Source: Rhizophagus irregularis | Taxonomy: Eukaryota | Reading direction: 5' to 3' | Length of the DNA: 64,000 nt | Assembly (NCBI RefSeq): GCF_026210795.1 | Contig: NC_089429.1 | Location: 3,410,001-3,474,000, forward strand | Part shown: piece after piece, positions 49,970 through 63,620 of the stretch | Layout: each line of letters starts with the position of its first letter | Position numbering within the stretch: position 1 is the stretch's first letter | Position numbers and translations under genes: made by a program | The notes under the pieces: generated by a model | Databases searched by the model: none | What the model was told of the DNA's origin: nothing | Seen by the model: only the letters and a program-made list of their open reading frames with translations

Positions 49970-52900
49970 GGCATAGTAGCCTTTATCTTTATTAAATTTA
50001 TTCAAACTTTACAATTTACGAAAAAAATAAAAAGAAAAATATAAAAATAAAACTAATTAAAAACAAAGTTATATAGCCTCCTAAAAAAAAATAAAGTAAA
50101 AAATTAATCTAAAAAAGAAAAATCGCATTACACTAAATTTTTCCAGATCTTCCCCCTTGATATATTCTAACCAAAGTAGAAGCAACTATGCTAACAAAAT
50201 AACGAATAGCACGTCCACTATAAAAATTGACATTCCATCCTGCAAAAGCTGTTGTAACACCGTTAGACAACTTATAAAACCCGAAAAATAATTAAACAAA
50301 GGAAAACCATATTTCATCGAGTTCTTCAACCAATCAGTTTTGGAGTCACGTAAATCGTGTAGGGTCAGAGGTGGTAAAGATGAGTAAGATAAGTACATAG
50401 ACTTTACGGCTGAGAAGTAGTTTTTAACTTATGAGTAATATTCATCGCAAATTCCCATCTTCCTTTATCATAGGAACGTGGATTCCAAATTCGTCTTCTG
50501 AATTTCTGAATAAAATTATTGTGAATGGCAGCGATAACCTTCATCACAAAATTTCTTGGGATAAATATGTCGATTAATAAATTGACAAAAAGCTTGGGCA
50601 AACAACCACGAACAAGGGCATAAGCGAACCAATTCGTAGAAGAGAAAGACTAGCATGAAAGGGAAGAAAGTTTAATAATGAACGGGGTAGGATCAATATC
50701 AGCCAATTTACCTGCTTCTTGAATTTTAGAAATCAAATGATTTTGATAAGATTGAAAGATTTGTTGCATAGATAAGCGACATCTCTTGCACATAAAGAGG
50801 TGCATTAAATCTTCCATGCGGTCAATACAAGAATAGCAAGTTAATTCGTTCATATATAAATCTGAACATGTTTTCTTAAGTTTCTCCAAGGTAGGTAAAT
50901 CATCCAAGAAGAGTTTAAATTTAAAGGTATGATGCCGTGAAGCGTGTTTAAAAGTAAAGGAAGCATCATGAGTGGGTTCAAATTTCAAAACAAACCAAGT
51001 AAGATCCCAATCAATGATATAATCTATATGAGAAGATAATAAAGAAGTAAAGTGAAATCGCGTTAAGTGTAACAAATCACGCATTAACTGCGTTTGATAA
51101 TATTGCTTGAGAAGGTGTCGTGAATTGGATTCGCAGACGACATCATTATCATAGGTTAAGACAAAATCATGGGCAGAAGCAAGATCCAAGTTAGAGATCA
51201 AAATTCTAGAAGATAAAGTATGAGCAGTGTTGGCCAAGAAGTCAGCAAAATCATTTAGATAGTTGCCAGAATGGGCTTTGATTTTGACTGGGAGAATAGT
51301 CAAATTCTTGGAGAGAATGGTTCGTTCAATAATAGCCTAGAGTTCAAAATTCGTAGTTTTATAATAAAGCTGGCTATTAGAATAAATAGAAGTGGAACAA
51401 CCTCAGAGGCTATCAATGGCAGTTTGCGAGTCAGTATAAATAGTTGCGAGGAGAGATGGTTAAAACTGCTTAGATAGCGGCAGCTTCAGTTCGGAAAAAA
51501 GAGGGATTATCTCGAATAATGCCATGTACATATGTAGCAATAGAGTTGTGAAAGCCAGCATCTGGTATAATTTACATCTAAGACCAGCCTATAGAAACGT
51601 CAGGAGTTCTTAAGTTAATAAGGGACCCATCAGTGAAAAAGGTGTAATGTGAATCTGTAGAGGGAATTAATGGAGAGTTAGCAAAAATAGCGACAGTTGA
51701 GGATTCAATAGTGATAGGGATAACAGGAGCCTCAATGGTATTGATAGGGGAGAAATCAGGAGCAATATCCCATCTATTATAATGAAAACGAACACCATCT
51801 TCAATATCAGCCCAAGTAAAAAGGGTAGCCATTTCAGAAGTATCGCATCTAATTTGCTCATTAATAGTAGGCAGGATGAGCAAATGTGATAGAGAGACTT
51901 TTGGTGTGCAAAGAGTTAAATCAGTATTCTGTCTTTTAGAAGGAAGTAAAGGAGTATGAGCAGTGCAACCAGGGCAGGAAAGAAGTTTAATAATGTCACC
52001 ACTCACCAGGTGAAGATTCACAATTAGGAGAAATCCAATGTACAATGGAGCAGGTACCTCGACCAGATGTGACCAAAAGTTGTTTACCAAAAATGAGAGA
52101 ACTAAATTCATCCAACGTGACAATTCAGTTCATGGTAGTAGAAAGAGAAGAAAGGCAGGATTCAAGTTCAAAGAATGAAGAATCATTTGCAGGTAGAGAA
52201 TGATTATTAAAATCAAGAATAGTAACTTGTCTTTGGATATCTTTGTACCAAAAGGGAGTGTAGCTAGGGCCACATTGTCCAACTAAATTACTGTAATAAA
52301 CCTTCCAGGATATTAAATGGGTGTCTTGTATAGTTATGAATTGAGATAAAAAGAACAGCTATCATTTGCGCAGGATGGGATAATAAGCCTTAAAGGCTTT
52401 AGGTAACATGCATTCAAACAAAGGAATGTGTCCATCAAGCAAAGATAATTTTGGAAGCTTCGAAAGTTGAGTTTGAAGCAAGCGAAAGGGAGTAGAAATT
52501 AAGAGAGCAATAGTGCAGGCGATATAATCCTTTTTAAAAGAAAAAAGAGAAACTATATGGACCAGTCTTTAATTAAAAAGGGAGAAATGGGAATCAAAAG
52601 GTTATATTGAAGCAAACGTATTCTATAAATAACGAAAAAGAGATTGCATAAAAGAAGAAGAAGAATTAGCCATTAAAAATAAATTAGTAATATGACATTG
52701 TTATTGATGAGCGAATAAATTAATCAAGCCCAAAGCTTGAGATAAAAATAAAATAGGGTTGGGAAGAGAACGAGAAAAATTAGCTTTATGTTTCATTACA
52801 GATTAAATACTTCTCATTATTAGGTGGCAGTCAGATTCAGACAGGTGAGTAACTTGCATCTGATATTCAAGTTTTGGTATAAGGACGGCATTGTGTAAAT

Positions 52901-53282
52901 ACACAACTTGTTTGACAGAGAGCTTTGCGGGTCGGATGGTTGTAGCGAAAGAATTACATTCGCATTTGAGTTGTTTCTTGATGAAATCACGGGAGTTTTT
53001 AATGTTAAACCAAACACCTAAAAAATGAAAAGAAGTTGTCATAGAGATTGGAGTAATAGTGATAGAAGGAACTCTATTTAAAGAGAATAATACCAAATTA
53101 AAGGTAACAGGGGAAAGAGTAGAATTTGAAGTTAAAGGTAACAAATTAGTAATTAACACATATTTATTGTGATTGGCAGAAGTGTTATTAATCTGATAAA
53201 ATTCTTCAGTAATGGATAACATAGATTCCATGCCAGCTTTTGACGAGAAAACAAGAGTAGAGTCATCCATAAATACTAAATT
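49970..53282 (-). mobile_element. LINE family A copy 5 (end of RT to 3' UTR), degenerate
   Basis: ORF pieces 52803-53270, 51578-52123, 50650-51303 and 50404-50601 match ORF2; the last ~9 nt of the 3' end are clipped at the hAT TIR. Confidence 0.9.
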
Positions 53283-54536
53283 TTAAGCACATTTTAAGAA
53301 TATTTTAAATATGTAAAAAATACATTTATATTGTACTTAAATTCTAGTTTAAGTATATTTTAAGTATAATTTAAGTACTTGGGCAAAAAACAAGTACATT
53401 AAAAGTATATTTTAAAAGTATTTTAGATACATTTTAGGTATATTATAAGTATATCTATACTTACCGTTCAAACCCAAAAGTTTGGGGTTTGTCCAGTGGA
53501 AATACCAGGACAAATGGGATTTTTCAGCACTTCCTAAAATCCCATGATGGAAAAACTGGAAAAACCTAGTTTGGGCCATAATCCCAAATGGCCAAACTCA
53601 GACCAATCTAAAATCTGATAGACAAATGACAAATTTAATATGAATTTCCCCAATTTATGTAAGAGACAAAATAAGTAAATTTAAATTCCTTTCTAATATT
53701 ATTTAATCATCTTAACTATATTTAATGTTAATATCTAAAAATATCATTAATTAAATATTTAGAATGAATATATTTCATTTGGAATCATTGGCTTAAATCC
53801 CATTCTTTTTTAATTGCAAATGCTCCAAGTGAATTAAATTTTATTAATAATAACATCAGTCAAGATGAATTCACCACTGCTTTTAACCAAATTACTATAG
53901 CAATGAAAGAAGGTATCGATTTATTTGAGGATAATGATTTATTTCCAGCTTTTGATGATGACAGTGAAGAGAATAATGATTTGTAATTGCAAAATGAAAA
54001 TGGATTAAATTTGGAAATAAGCAAATTAATTTAGTTAAATATAAATCAATTAGGTTCTATTAATGAAAATTAAGCAAATATAAATAAATCGAAAATTGAA
54101 TATGGAGATAAAAATTTTAATATTAAAGACTTGTTACATGATGATTAGGATAGTTTATTTTTATTAAAATTTTAATATAAAATTGTAATTTCTGTTAAAT
54201 TCATAAATAATAAATTGAATCGTAAATAGTTTGGGTTTGGGATATTCACTTTGTCTAGATTATTATAGTTTGGATTTAGAATTTTGTCCAGTTTATCCAT
54301 ATTTATCCAATTTATCCAGGTTTAGCTGATTTGTCCAGTTATGGCCGTCCAAACTTAATTTTTCCAATTTTGACATTACACCCAAATCCCATGGGATTTG
54401 GGTTTGGGTGGGTATTTATAGAATTTTAGTTTGGACGGCAAGTATAAGTATATCGCAAATTAAAATTGATACTTATTTTAAGTATATTTTAATAAAATTT
54501 TAAGTATATTTTAAGTATAAAAACTTTTCATGGGGG
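53283..54536. mobile_element. Remnant of an AT-rich element (TTTTAAGTATA repeats), possibly ending ACTTTTCATGGGG
   Basis: The same repeats flank the 53456-54446 insertion; only one putative end is seen. Confidence 0.35.
53456..54446. mobile_element. Non-autonomous hAT deletion derivative
   Basis: TIR TATACTTACCGTTCAAAC...GTTTGGACGGCAAGTATA; 8-bp TSD AGTATATC; acidic transposase-tail-like remnant at about 53820-54145. Confidence 0.88.
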
Positions 54537-55713
54537 AATTTACAGCGTTATGTTAATTGATAAAAAAAATGCCGTTTGAAATTTCTGTTTTCCCAAGAAA
54601 CAACAACGTCAAATACATACATAACTTCCAAAAAACTTGTTACAACTGGTGCTATTATATCAGAACTTCATTATTATGTCCATATTTATATGACTTGTTT
54701 ATTATTTTTTTAAAAAAATTTAAGATAACTATTCCTATTTTGAGATTACGCTAAAACTTAATAAAAGTCCTTTTATTATTCATATATTTCATAATATTCA
54801 TATTTTTTACAAACTGGACATATTTGTGAAAGAAAAAGTGATATAAAAGTGCGTAGTGTTATTAAAAATATAATAGTTGACAGAAATAATAATCAAAAAA
54901 AGTTTTATAAGCGTCAAAAAAAAGTTAAAGAACTAGAAATTGTTTATACTATAGAAGTAAAATAGTAGTAAATACTATGAAATTTCTGTTTCCTACATAT
55001 AAAACTTTATAAACTGCAAAGAAAAAAAACTTTTTATAAAAATTTTTTTTTTTTTCTAAGATCTTAAACATATATTGCAGGTATTAAATTACGCAATTGT
55101 ATAACAATATGGTTGCATTTTATTTGATATAAAAATATGATTGACATGGCTTATATATAAATGTTACGCCACATTTTATTATATAAATTCTATCAATCAC
55201 ATGTGGATCGGCAATTAAGCTTTATAGATCAGTCAAATAAAAAAATAAATATAATTAGTATTTTTAATTTTTAATTATTACAGAACTCAAATAATATTAA
55301 TGCAACTCACAAATAAACTTTAAATACTGAAGTAAAATATATTTTATGGTATAATTCTATTAATATTAAAGCTAGAAATGTAATTTTACTACTATTAGAA
55401 TTCTCTTATCAAGATGAATTCAATGATATAAATTTATTAAAATCAAATCACTAGTTGTATTTAAAATGAAGTATATAGGGTAATAAAATTTTAAAAACAT
55501 CTCTATAATACACAACTTTTGAAAATTTTTAATATAAACTCTAAATAAACTCAAATATAAGTTGTATTAGTGTTATTTGAGTACTAATCTAAGATAATTA
55601 GTAGAGGTCTATGATCAAAATTAGTAAATTAGTTTTTTAAAAATGCAATTGATTGAATTAATATATCTGTTATCATATTAACTCTTTATTTATGCTTAAT
55701 TCTTCAGAATATA

Positions 55714-58700
55714 GAATAGACAAGAGAGTAGAAATTACACGAGATTATCAAACAACATGGCTATCCAGCATATTAGATAGAAACACTCTCACAAATATAG
55801 TTATAGATAAAGTGTTAGTAAATGAGGAAACAGGAATTTCGACTAAAAGACTAGCTACAGAACCGAGAGAAGTTAAAAAAGCAGTGGACAATGATTTCGC
55901 GAACATGTTTAGGAAAAGAAACACACTGCTGGATACAATGACACCAATTTGGCAACAAATTTATGAACCCGTAGGTAAATTCAAAGAAGTGATGGAATCT
56001 ACAATAGAAAAGATCACTATGGCAGAATGGAATAATACCGTTAAAGAATTAAATAAAGAGTCGGCTGCGGGGTTGTCTGGTATAAATTACAGAATCATCT
56101 TACAATTGCCTGAAGAATTAATCCTCTTCATGGTCAAGTTCGGAAACTTGACACTACAAACTGGACTTGTGCCTATGGCATGGAAAACATCGGTCATTCT
56201 TTCCATACATAAGTCCATCAACTTTGAATACAACATTTTGAATACTCGACCTATTGCATTGTTGGATTGTTTTCGGAAAACCTTTACAAAGATGATCACG
56301 AATAGGTTGAGTTCAGTTTTGAAATAATGTAACGTACTACAGGAATACAATTGTTGCGGTTTACCCGGAGAATGCACAAGCGAACCAATATACCTAGTTA
56401 ACAATTTTATAGAGGATGCCAGGGAAAACAGTAAGGAACTATGGGTCCTCACACAGGATATGAAAAAGGCGTTTGACTCAGTGGGATTAAAGGTTTTAAA
56501 ACGAGCCATGCTTTGTATTGACATCCCAGCATCATTGGTTGAATGGATTATAGCCCTCTTCAAACACAGACACCTTAAAGTAGCCACAGCGTATGGCTAA
56601 GTGATGGGTTCACCGGAAATGACGGAATTGATCGGGGTGACGCACTTTTCCCGCTATTGTGGCGGGAATTTTTTTATGATCCGCTGTTGATAAGAATACA
56701 TCAAAAAGTCGAGCAGATATGAAATGAAGGTTACCTGGCCGAATGATATTAATGACCCTATCACATGGACGCAATACAGGCTTCAGGTCCCCGTATGTGC
56801 ATATATGGATGATACGATATTCTTAGAATCATCAAGATTTAGGATGCAAAATATAGTAGATATAGCAAATGAATTCTATATAATTAATGATATTGATATC
56901 AACGCTAAGAAGTCAGAATTGATAATCATCAACCCAACTGTGGAATGGCACGAACAAAATATTGAACTAGGTCGTGATCGTTCTATAATTCAAGCCACAA
57001 ATGAGGAAATAAGGTATCTTGGAGTCTGGTTCTCTAATAAACCGAGCAGACGACGATAGATGCAACGCCTATCTATGATAGTCAATGATTTTTGTACTAT
57101 AGTCCGTAGGAAATTCATTTCAGCTGGTCAATGCATTTACCTAATCAATAGAGTATTAATACCTAGACTAATATATACAGCTCAAATTATGACATTATCA
57201 GAGCATGATTGGAATCACATATTTGCTCCGGTAATGAAGGTGGTAAAAAATTGGTTGAAATTACCTAAGAACACACCTTCGTCATTATTATTTCATGAGG
57301 GATGTCTCGGTATGGATCATCCATGGAAACTCCACTGCATCAATACCATAACAGACTTAACGATTAGGTTGAATAGTGATTCATACGCAGTGACATCAAC
57401 ACAGATTAGACTCAGAGACGCGCAGCTTAAATCACTCATCACGGATCCGATTTTTGACTGCGATCTTCAAGTAATGCCTTGGATAAAGCCTCAAGCCCAG
57501 AAAAACGTCTCATTTAATGCATTGGTAATAGCTAAGACCCTCGACATGACAATGGCAATAGACCCGATTGATAGATCAATCTGGAGTGTATTAGGGGGAA
57601 AGAGCTGATATTAAAGTTCTTTAAACAATATCAACTCACAAAATACATATATCGGTTAAACCAAAGCCCACATTACCCAATATTCTATATTGATCAATTA
57701 TTTATCAGGGGTACACATCTTATGACATGAAAACAATATCGTAAATTAGCATTACTCCCGGTACAAGGAAGGGTAGCCAGATGGTATCGTGATGTGACCC
57801 ATTTGTGCACATCCAGAATAGATAATTTAACAGTAAATGATGATCTGGAGCTTGCTAAAGTTAACCATTGGGTTTTTTTAATGGATATCACACCGGACGC
57901 ACGCCGTAAACAAGTTGTCTATGTTCGGGAACCTTTGGCTAATTCAGACGCATGGTCAATAGGCAAAGTTAACAAAATACTCTGACACGAACAGGGGATT
58001 TTAGTGAATTATCGACCAGGATACAATAATAACGGAATCATAGGATATCAGGACACGGGATGATCTATACCGGCTTACTATTGCAAGGTGGCAATATTAG
58101 AAAAAAGTTCTAATATGCGCGGTTGGAGTTTCCCTAGTGAATGGTTGTCATCAACTCATCGATCTAACACCATGATACCTGATGATATGGTACCAACAGC
58201 GGCCCTAAATCCTATAATTAGTTTACCATTGGTTCAAGACATATGGATTCACAGATGGATAGATGATGATAACCTGAAAGCTCAACTAATAGATATTAGA
58301 AATATACTAGCAGAGAGAACAGAGGTAGAATATTACATAGATGGTTCGTTCATGCCAAGCATCCCTACATCAGTGGGCAAACAAAACCCTAATCTAGTGT
58401 ACACAAATATGAGTGCAGCATTTTGTGTTAATAATGAACCTGCTTTGTCAGCCCAAACAAATTTATCATTATAGCCCTCATCTACACGTGCAGAATTAGT
58501 GGCCATTTTCCTGGCATTACTCACAGGTCCTATGAATGCAAAAATCAGGATCTATACAGACAGTCAAAGCGCCATCTACATGATCAATAATCAACATAAT
58601 AAATCAGGCAGGAAACTACTAAAACAGACTAATTCTTTAATCTTACTCAAGATAGATATTCTTTTACAAGAAAAAAAGATGGATCTAGAATTAGTGAAAG

Positions 58701-60119
58701 TTAAGGGACATAGTGGAGATGTTATGAATGAAATGGTAGATGAATTAGCTAAAAATACAAGTAACAACAGCTGCTACTTTAACAACAGGTTTAGCTATAG
58801 TAGTAGGACAGTTAGATTTTTTCCAATTTTCAAACAGATCCCAATAGAGTACAATTTAAGGAAATTTATCAAAACTCTAATGAATGCTAAAGTAGCAGCA
58901 GAATGGTCAATGTTAAAAACCAATAAACATGAAATACCAATTGCCTGGAATATAACATGGAACTTAATTCATAGATATAAAGAGTTTAATTGTATTTCAG
59001 TTAAAAAACACTGGCATTTAATTTTTATTATTAAACTATTTGCTAAACTTCTTCCTATAGGTACTATCCTGTTACAGCGAAAACCAAATATATACAAAGA
59101 TTTTGTTTGTCCCAGGTGCAATGCTAATAAAGAAGAAAACAGATATCATTTTATTGAATATGATGCCAATAAGGATCTATGGCCTATAATTAAAAGTAGA
59201 ATGCAAGATGATGTGATTCCTATAATTCAAAAATGGAGTAACATACCAGAAAACACACCTAAAGCCATAAGTGAGAAATTAAACCAGATACTAGGATTAC
59301 AACATGATAACAAAAAATTTATTGATTTTAGCTCATTGGCCTTGGAAGCTAAAATTAACACCAATATTTCTAAAATTTCAAAACAAACATTTGGATTCTC
59401 AGAATCAAAAAACATTTTATTCTTGGCTTCACTTTTGGACTCCTTTATTATTCACTTTAAAGAACTAATTTGAATACCAAGATGTAATGCTACTATTGCA
59501 TGGGAAAAGACTAGAAATATTGGAAGAAAAGAAAAATTAAATGAATCTGAAAATATGGATCGTTACTTCAAATCCTCTCACCAACAGGTTAAACACTTAA
59601 AACAGGATAAACAAATTTTAAAGAAGAACAATTATTCAGATTTACAGGAAGATCAAATTGCAGTCTTGATGATATTTCAATTGAGTTGGATTCAGTGCAG
59701 TCTGAAAATTCATTAAATGAAAATCACATTATATCAAAGTGTTATAGAGTGGGAAAAAAAGCTCAAGAATCAGATGAGTTTACTAATTAGTAATAACTGG
59801 TGGTATAGCTGGGCGATATAAGAAAACAAAAAATATTATTAACAATGTTATAATAGATCTAATAACAACATAATTAATTTTACTCTGAACTTAAATTCAT
59901 TAATTTTGAAAGGAAAAAAAAAAAAAAAAAAAAAAAAACCTCAAATCTTGTAGTTCAAATTAATTGGTATAGTATCAACTATCATTTTTCTTTTATTATC
60001 TATATTTTGATGATTGCATCCTGCTGGGTGGATATAGCTCATGATAATTTGTTTGTATGGTATATAAACTTAATATCAATAAAGCATATATAAATCATTA
60101 AAAAAAAAAAAAAAAAAAA
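55714..60119 (+). mobile_element. LINE family B, 5'-truncated ORF2 (RT, RNase H, Cys knuckle) with poly(A) and long TSD; degenerate
   Basis: NTRPIALLD, QDMKKAFDSV, AYMDD, YIDGS, YTDSQ, KVKGHSG, CPRC; TSD (AA)TTCTTCAGAATATA at 55698-55713 and 60118-60133. Confidence 0.92.
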
Positions 60120-60145
60120 TTCTTCAGAATATATTAGGGAGTTTA

Positions 60146-60481
60146 AGGAAGTGACATATATGACGTAATTATTAGAGGGGAAGGAGATAATTAAAATCTG
60201 ATGTTACACTTATTCTATTTATATAAATTGTATAATTAAATTTAATTGGTTATTAAATCTGACAAAGGGGGGAGGGGTAGAATTCATAGTAAAATATAAT
60301 ATATGCCACTTCTCTTACAGATATTACGTAATTATTAAAGGGGGAGGGGTAACCAAAATCTTACATTACACTTAATAAAATATATAATTTATAAATATTA
60401 TAATTTGATTGGTTATTAAATCTGACAAGAGGGGGGTAAGTTTATATTAAACTGAATATTACGTAATATATGTAACTCCCC
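60146..60481. mobile_element. MITE with TTA TSD (Zator- or PIF/Harbinger-type), related to 49687-49841
   Basis: Imperfect TIR AGGAAGTGACATATATGACGTAAT...ATTACGTAATATATGTAACTCCCC; TTA flanks. Confidence 0.75.
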
Positions 60482-60743
60482 TTACATTCAATAGTAGATA
60501 GTAATGTTTTATATTGCACTTAATTTGGTTTTTAGTAATCATAAATCTCAGATATTTAGTTTAAATCCAATTGGTGTAATCCAATATGCCATTTTGTTAA
60601 GGATGGAAGAATCCTATAAAAATTATAGTGAATTTAACTAATAAATTTTAGTTATACTATAATAGTATTACAAGTATAATAGAAAACTGTTTTCTATTTT
60701 AGCAGTACAGTAGGTCTTAGTATTGCTTTAAAATAGGATACTA

Positions 60744-63620
60744 CACTAGTTGAAATAAGGCAAATCGGCTAAAAATCGGACATCCGATTTTAGGTCGAAT
60801 TATGGCTGAAATATGTCCGATTTTTACAAAAAAATATATTCCGATTGTTATCCAATTGACTACCAATCAGATGTACTTCAGAACTTAAATCGGACATAAA
60901 TCAGAACTAAATCATACTAAATTCGGACAGTCAATCAGATGTACTTCAGAACTTAAATCGAACAAAAATCAGACTATTTTTTTCTGAATTTATTTCAATT
61001 TTTATTATCAAATTTATTAAATGTATTTATTAATTAGATGCTTAAAAACTTTATAATTATATTATTATTATTAGCATCTATCTAAATTACAAATAAATAT
61101 TGGCAATTCAAAATTATAATAAAATAATAATAATAAAATAAACTATGATTCGTACTTACGAATCTTGGTTTTGGTTCATCCATTCGTCGGAAATCCACCC
61201 AAACTTATAAAAAAAAGAAAAGAACGATTATTAGTAACCGTTCATTAATATTAATAAAAAAATTTAACCAAGATTCGTATATACCTACGAATCTTGATCT
61301 TTTTCCGTTCTCCAGAACTTGGAAGCCCACCCGAACCTATAAAATAAAAGAAAGGAACAGTTAGTACCCGTTCCAAAATAATAAAAAATAAAAATAAAAA
61401 ATAAACCAAGATTCGTATTTACTTATGAATCTTGGTTCCTTTTCTTCCGATCTTTGGAAGTCAACCCAAAACCTAAAAAATAAAAGAAAGGAACGGTTAG
61501 TAAACCATTCCAAATAAAAAAAACAAAACCAAAACCAAGATTCGTATATACTTACGAATCTTGGTTCTTTTCCGTACTTCGGAATTCGGAAATCCACCCG
61601 ATCCTAAAAAAAAGAAAAGAACGGTTATTAGTAACCGTTTATTAATAATATTAAAAAAAAAAGAAAAAAAAATCAAGATTCGTAATTAGTAGTTACTTAC
61701 GAATCTTGATTTTCCGTTCTTCAGAATTCGAAAATCCACTCGATTCTAAAAAAAAAGAAAAAAACGGTTATTAGTAACCGTTCATTAATAATATTAAAAA
61801 AAAAAGAAAAAAAAATCAAGATTCGTAATTAGTAGTTACTTACGAATCTTGATTTTCCGTACTTCAGAATTCGGAAATCCACCCGATTCTAAAAAAGAAA
61901 AGAACGGTTATTAGTAATCGTTCATTAATAATATTAAAAAAAAAAGAAAAAAAAATCAAGATTCGTAATTAGTAGTTACTTACGAATCTTGATTTTCCGT
62001 TCTTCGGAATTTGGAAATCCACCCGATCCTAAAAAAAAGAAAAGAATGGTTATTAGTAACTATTCATTAATAATATTAAAAAAAAAAGAAAAAAAAATCA
62101 AGATTCGTAATTAGTAGTTACTTACGAATCTTGATTTTCTGTACTTCGGAATTTGGAAATCCACCCGATCCTAAAAAAAAAGAAAAGAACGGTTATTAGT
62201 AACCGTTCATTAATAATATTAAAAAAAAAGAAAAAAAATCAAGATTCGTAATTAGTAGTTACTTACGAATCTTGATTTTCCGTACTTCAGAATTCGAAAA
62301 TCCACCCGATCCTAAAAAAAAGAAAAGAACGGTTATTAGTAACCGTTCATAATAATAATAATAAAAATAAAAATTAAACCAAGATTCGTACTTACTTACG
62401 AATCTTAGTTCCACTTTTTCCAAAGATCGGAAGCCCACCTGAACCTAAAAAAAGAAAAGAACGGTTATTAGTAACTGTTCATTAATAAAATTAAACAAAA
62501 CAAAAAAATTAAAACCAAGATTTGTATATACTTACGAATCTTGGTTCTTTTCCGTTCTTTGGAACTCGTGAACCTAAAAAAAGAAAGAACGGTTATTAGT
62601 AACTGTTCATTAATAAAATTAAAAAAAAAAACAAAATTAAAACTATGATTCGTATATACTTACGAATTTTTGGTTTTTTTTCGTTCTTCGGAACTCGGAA
62701 ACCCCTCCTGAGACGCCGAACCTATAAAAAATAAAAGAAAAAGAACGGTTAGTAATAACCGTTCCAAATATTAAAAAAAGAAAAAAAAAACTAAGATTCA
62801 TAGTACGGAATCTTAGTTTTTTTCCGTTCTTCGGAAACTCACCCAAATGGCCGAACCTATAAGAAAAAGAAAAGAACGGTTAGTAACCGTTCATATAATA
62901 GGAAAAAAAATAAAATAAAAAATAAACCAAGTTTCGTACTTGTACTTACGAAACTTGGTTCTTTCCGTTCTTCGGAACTCGGAAGCCAACCCGATCCTAA
63001 AATAATAAAGAAAAAAACGGTTATTAGTAACCGTTCGTTAATATTACAAAAAAAAAACAAAAAAAAATTAAACCAAGATTCGTTTACTTACAAATCTTGA
63101 TTCTTTTCCATTCTTCGGAACCAGGAAGCCTGCCCGAAACCTATAAAAAAGAAGGAACAGTTAGTAACCGTTCCGAAATATTAAAAAAAGTAAAAACCAA
63201 GATTCTTAAGAATCTTGGTTCTAAATCCCCTTTCTCTTCCCCCTTTCCCCATTTTTTACCTTAAAGTCCAGTTTCGTGTTAAAGCCGGCGTCCTCCTATA
63301 CGTCCTACAAAAAAAATAATGAAAAGAAACGTTAGTTCGTTTCTTAAATTAACAAAACTTCACTTTCCTGTTTTTTACCCTTTTTTAAACTTTGATATGC
63401 GTAACGTGTGACGTTTAATTAGACTATTCGACCAATGTCTAATCGTAGATCATGGTCGAATTTTTAATTGAATATAGGCCAGCCTTTTTCGACTAGTGAA
63501 ATCAGAAATCGGCTATGCCGAATGTCACCTGATATACAGACGATCGTCAATTATTAGCCAAAATTTAGCCAAAATAAGGACGATTTGCCTTATTTCCGAT
63601 TTGCCTTATTTTGACTAGTG
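60744..63620. mobile_element. Non-autonomous CACTA element (2.9 kb) containing a micro-exon array
   Basis: TIR CACTAGTTGAAATAAGGCAAATCGG...CCGATTTGCCTTATTTTGACTAGTG; TSD CTA; the first ~230 bp are the reverse complement of about 4920-5148. Confidence 0.93.
61145..63380 (-). repeat. Tandem array, about 140-bp unit = ~45-nt exon-like core plus intron-like spacer with two hairpins (about 15-16 units)
   Basis: Minus strand reads TTTTTAG|GATCGGGTGGATTTCCGAATTCCGAAGTACGGAAAATCAAGATTC|GTAAGT. Confidence 0.88.

Noticed and set aside
54537..55697. Possible gene or element in AT-rich spacer
   Set aside because: No convincing ORF, TIR pair or TSD found by eye.
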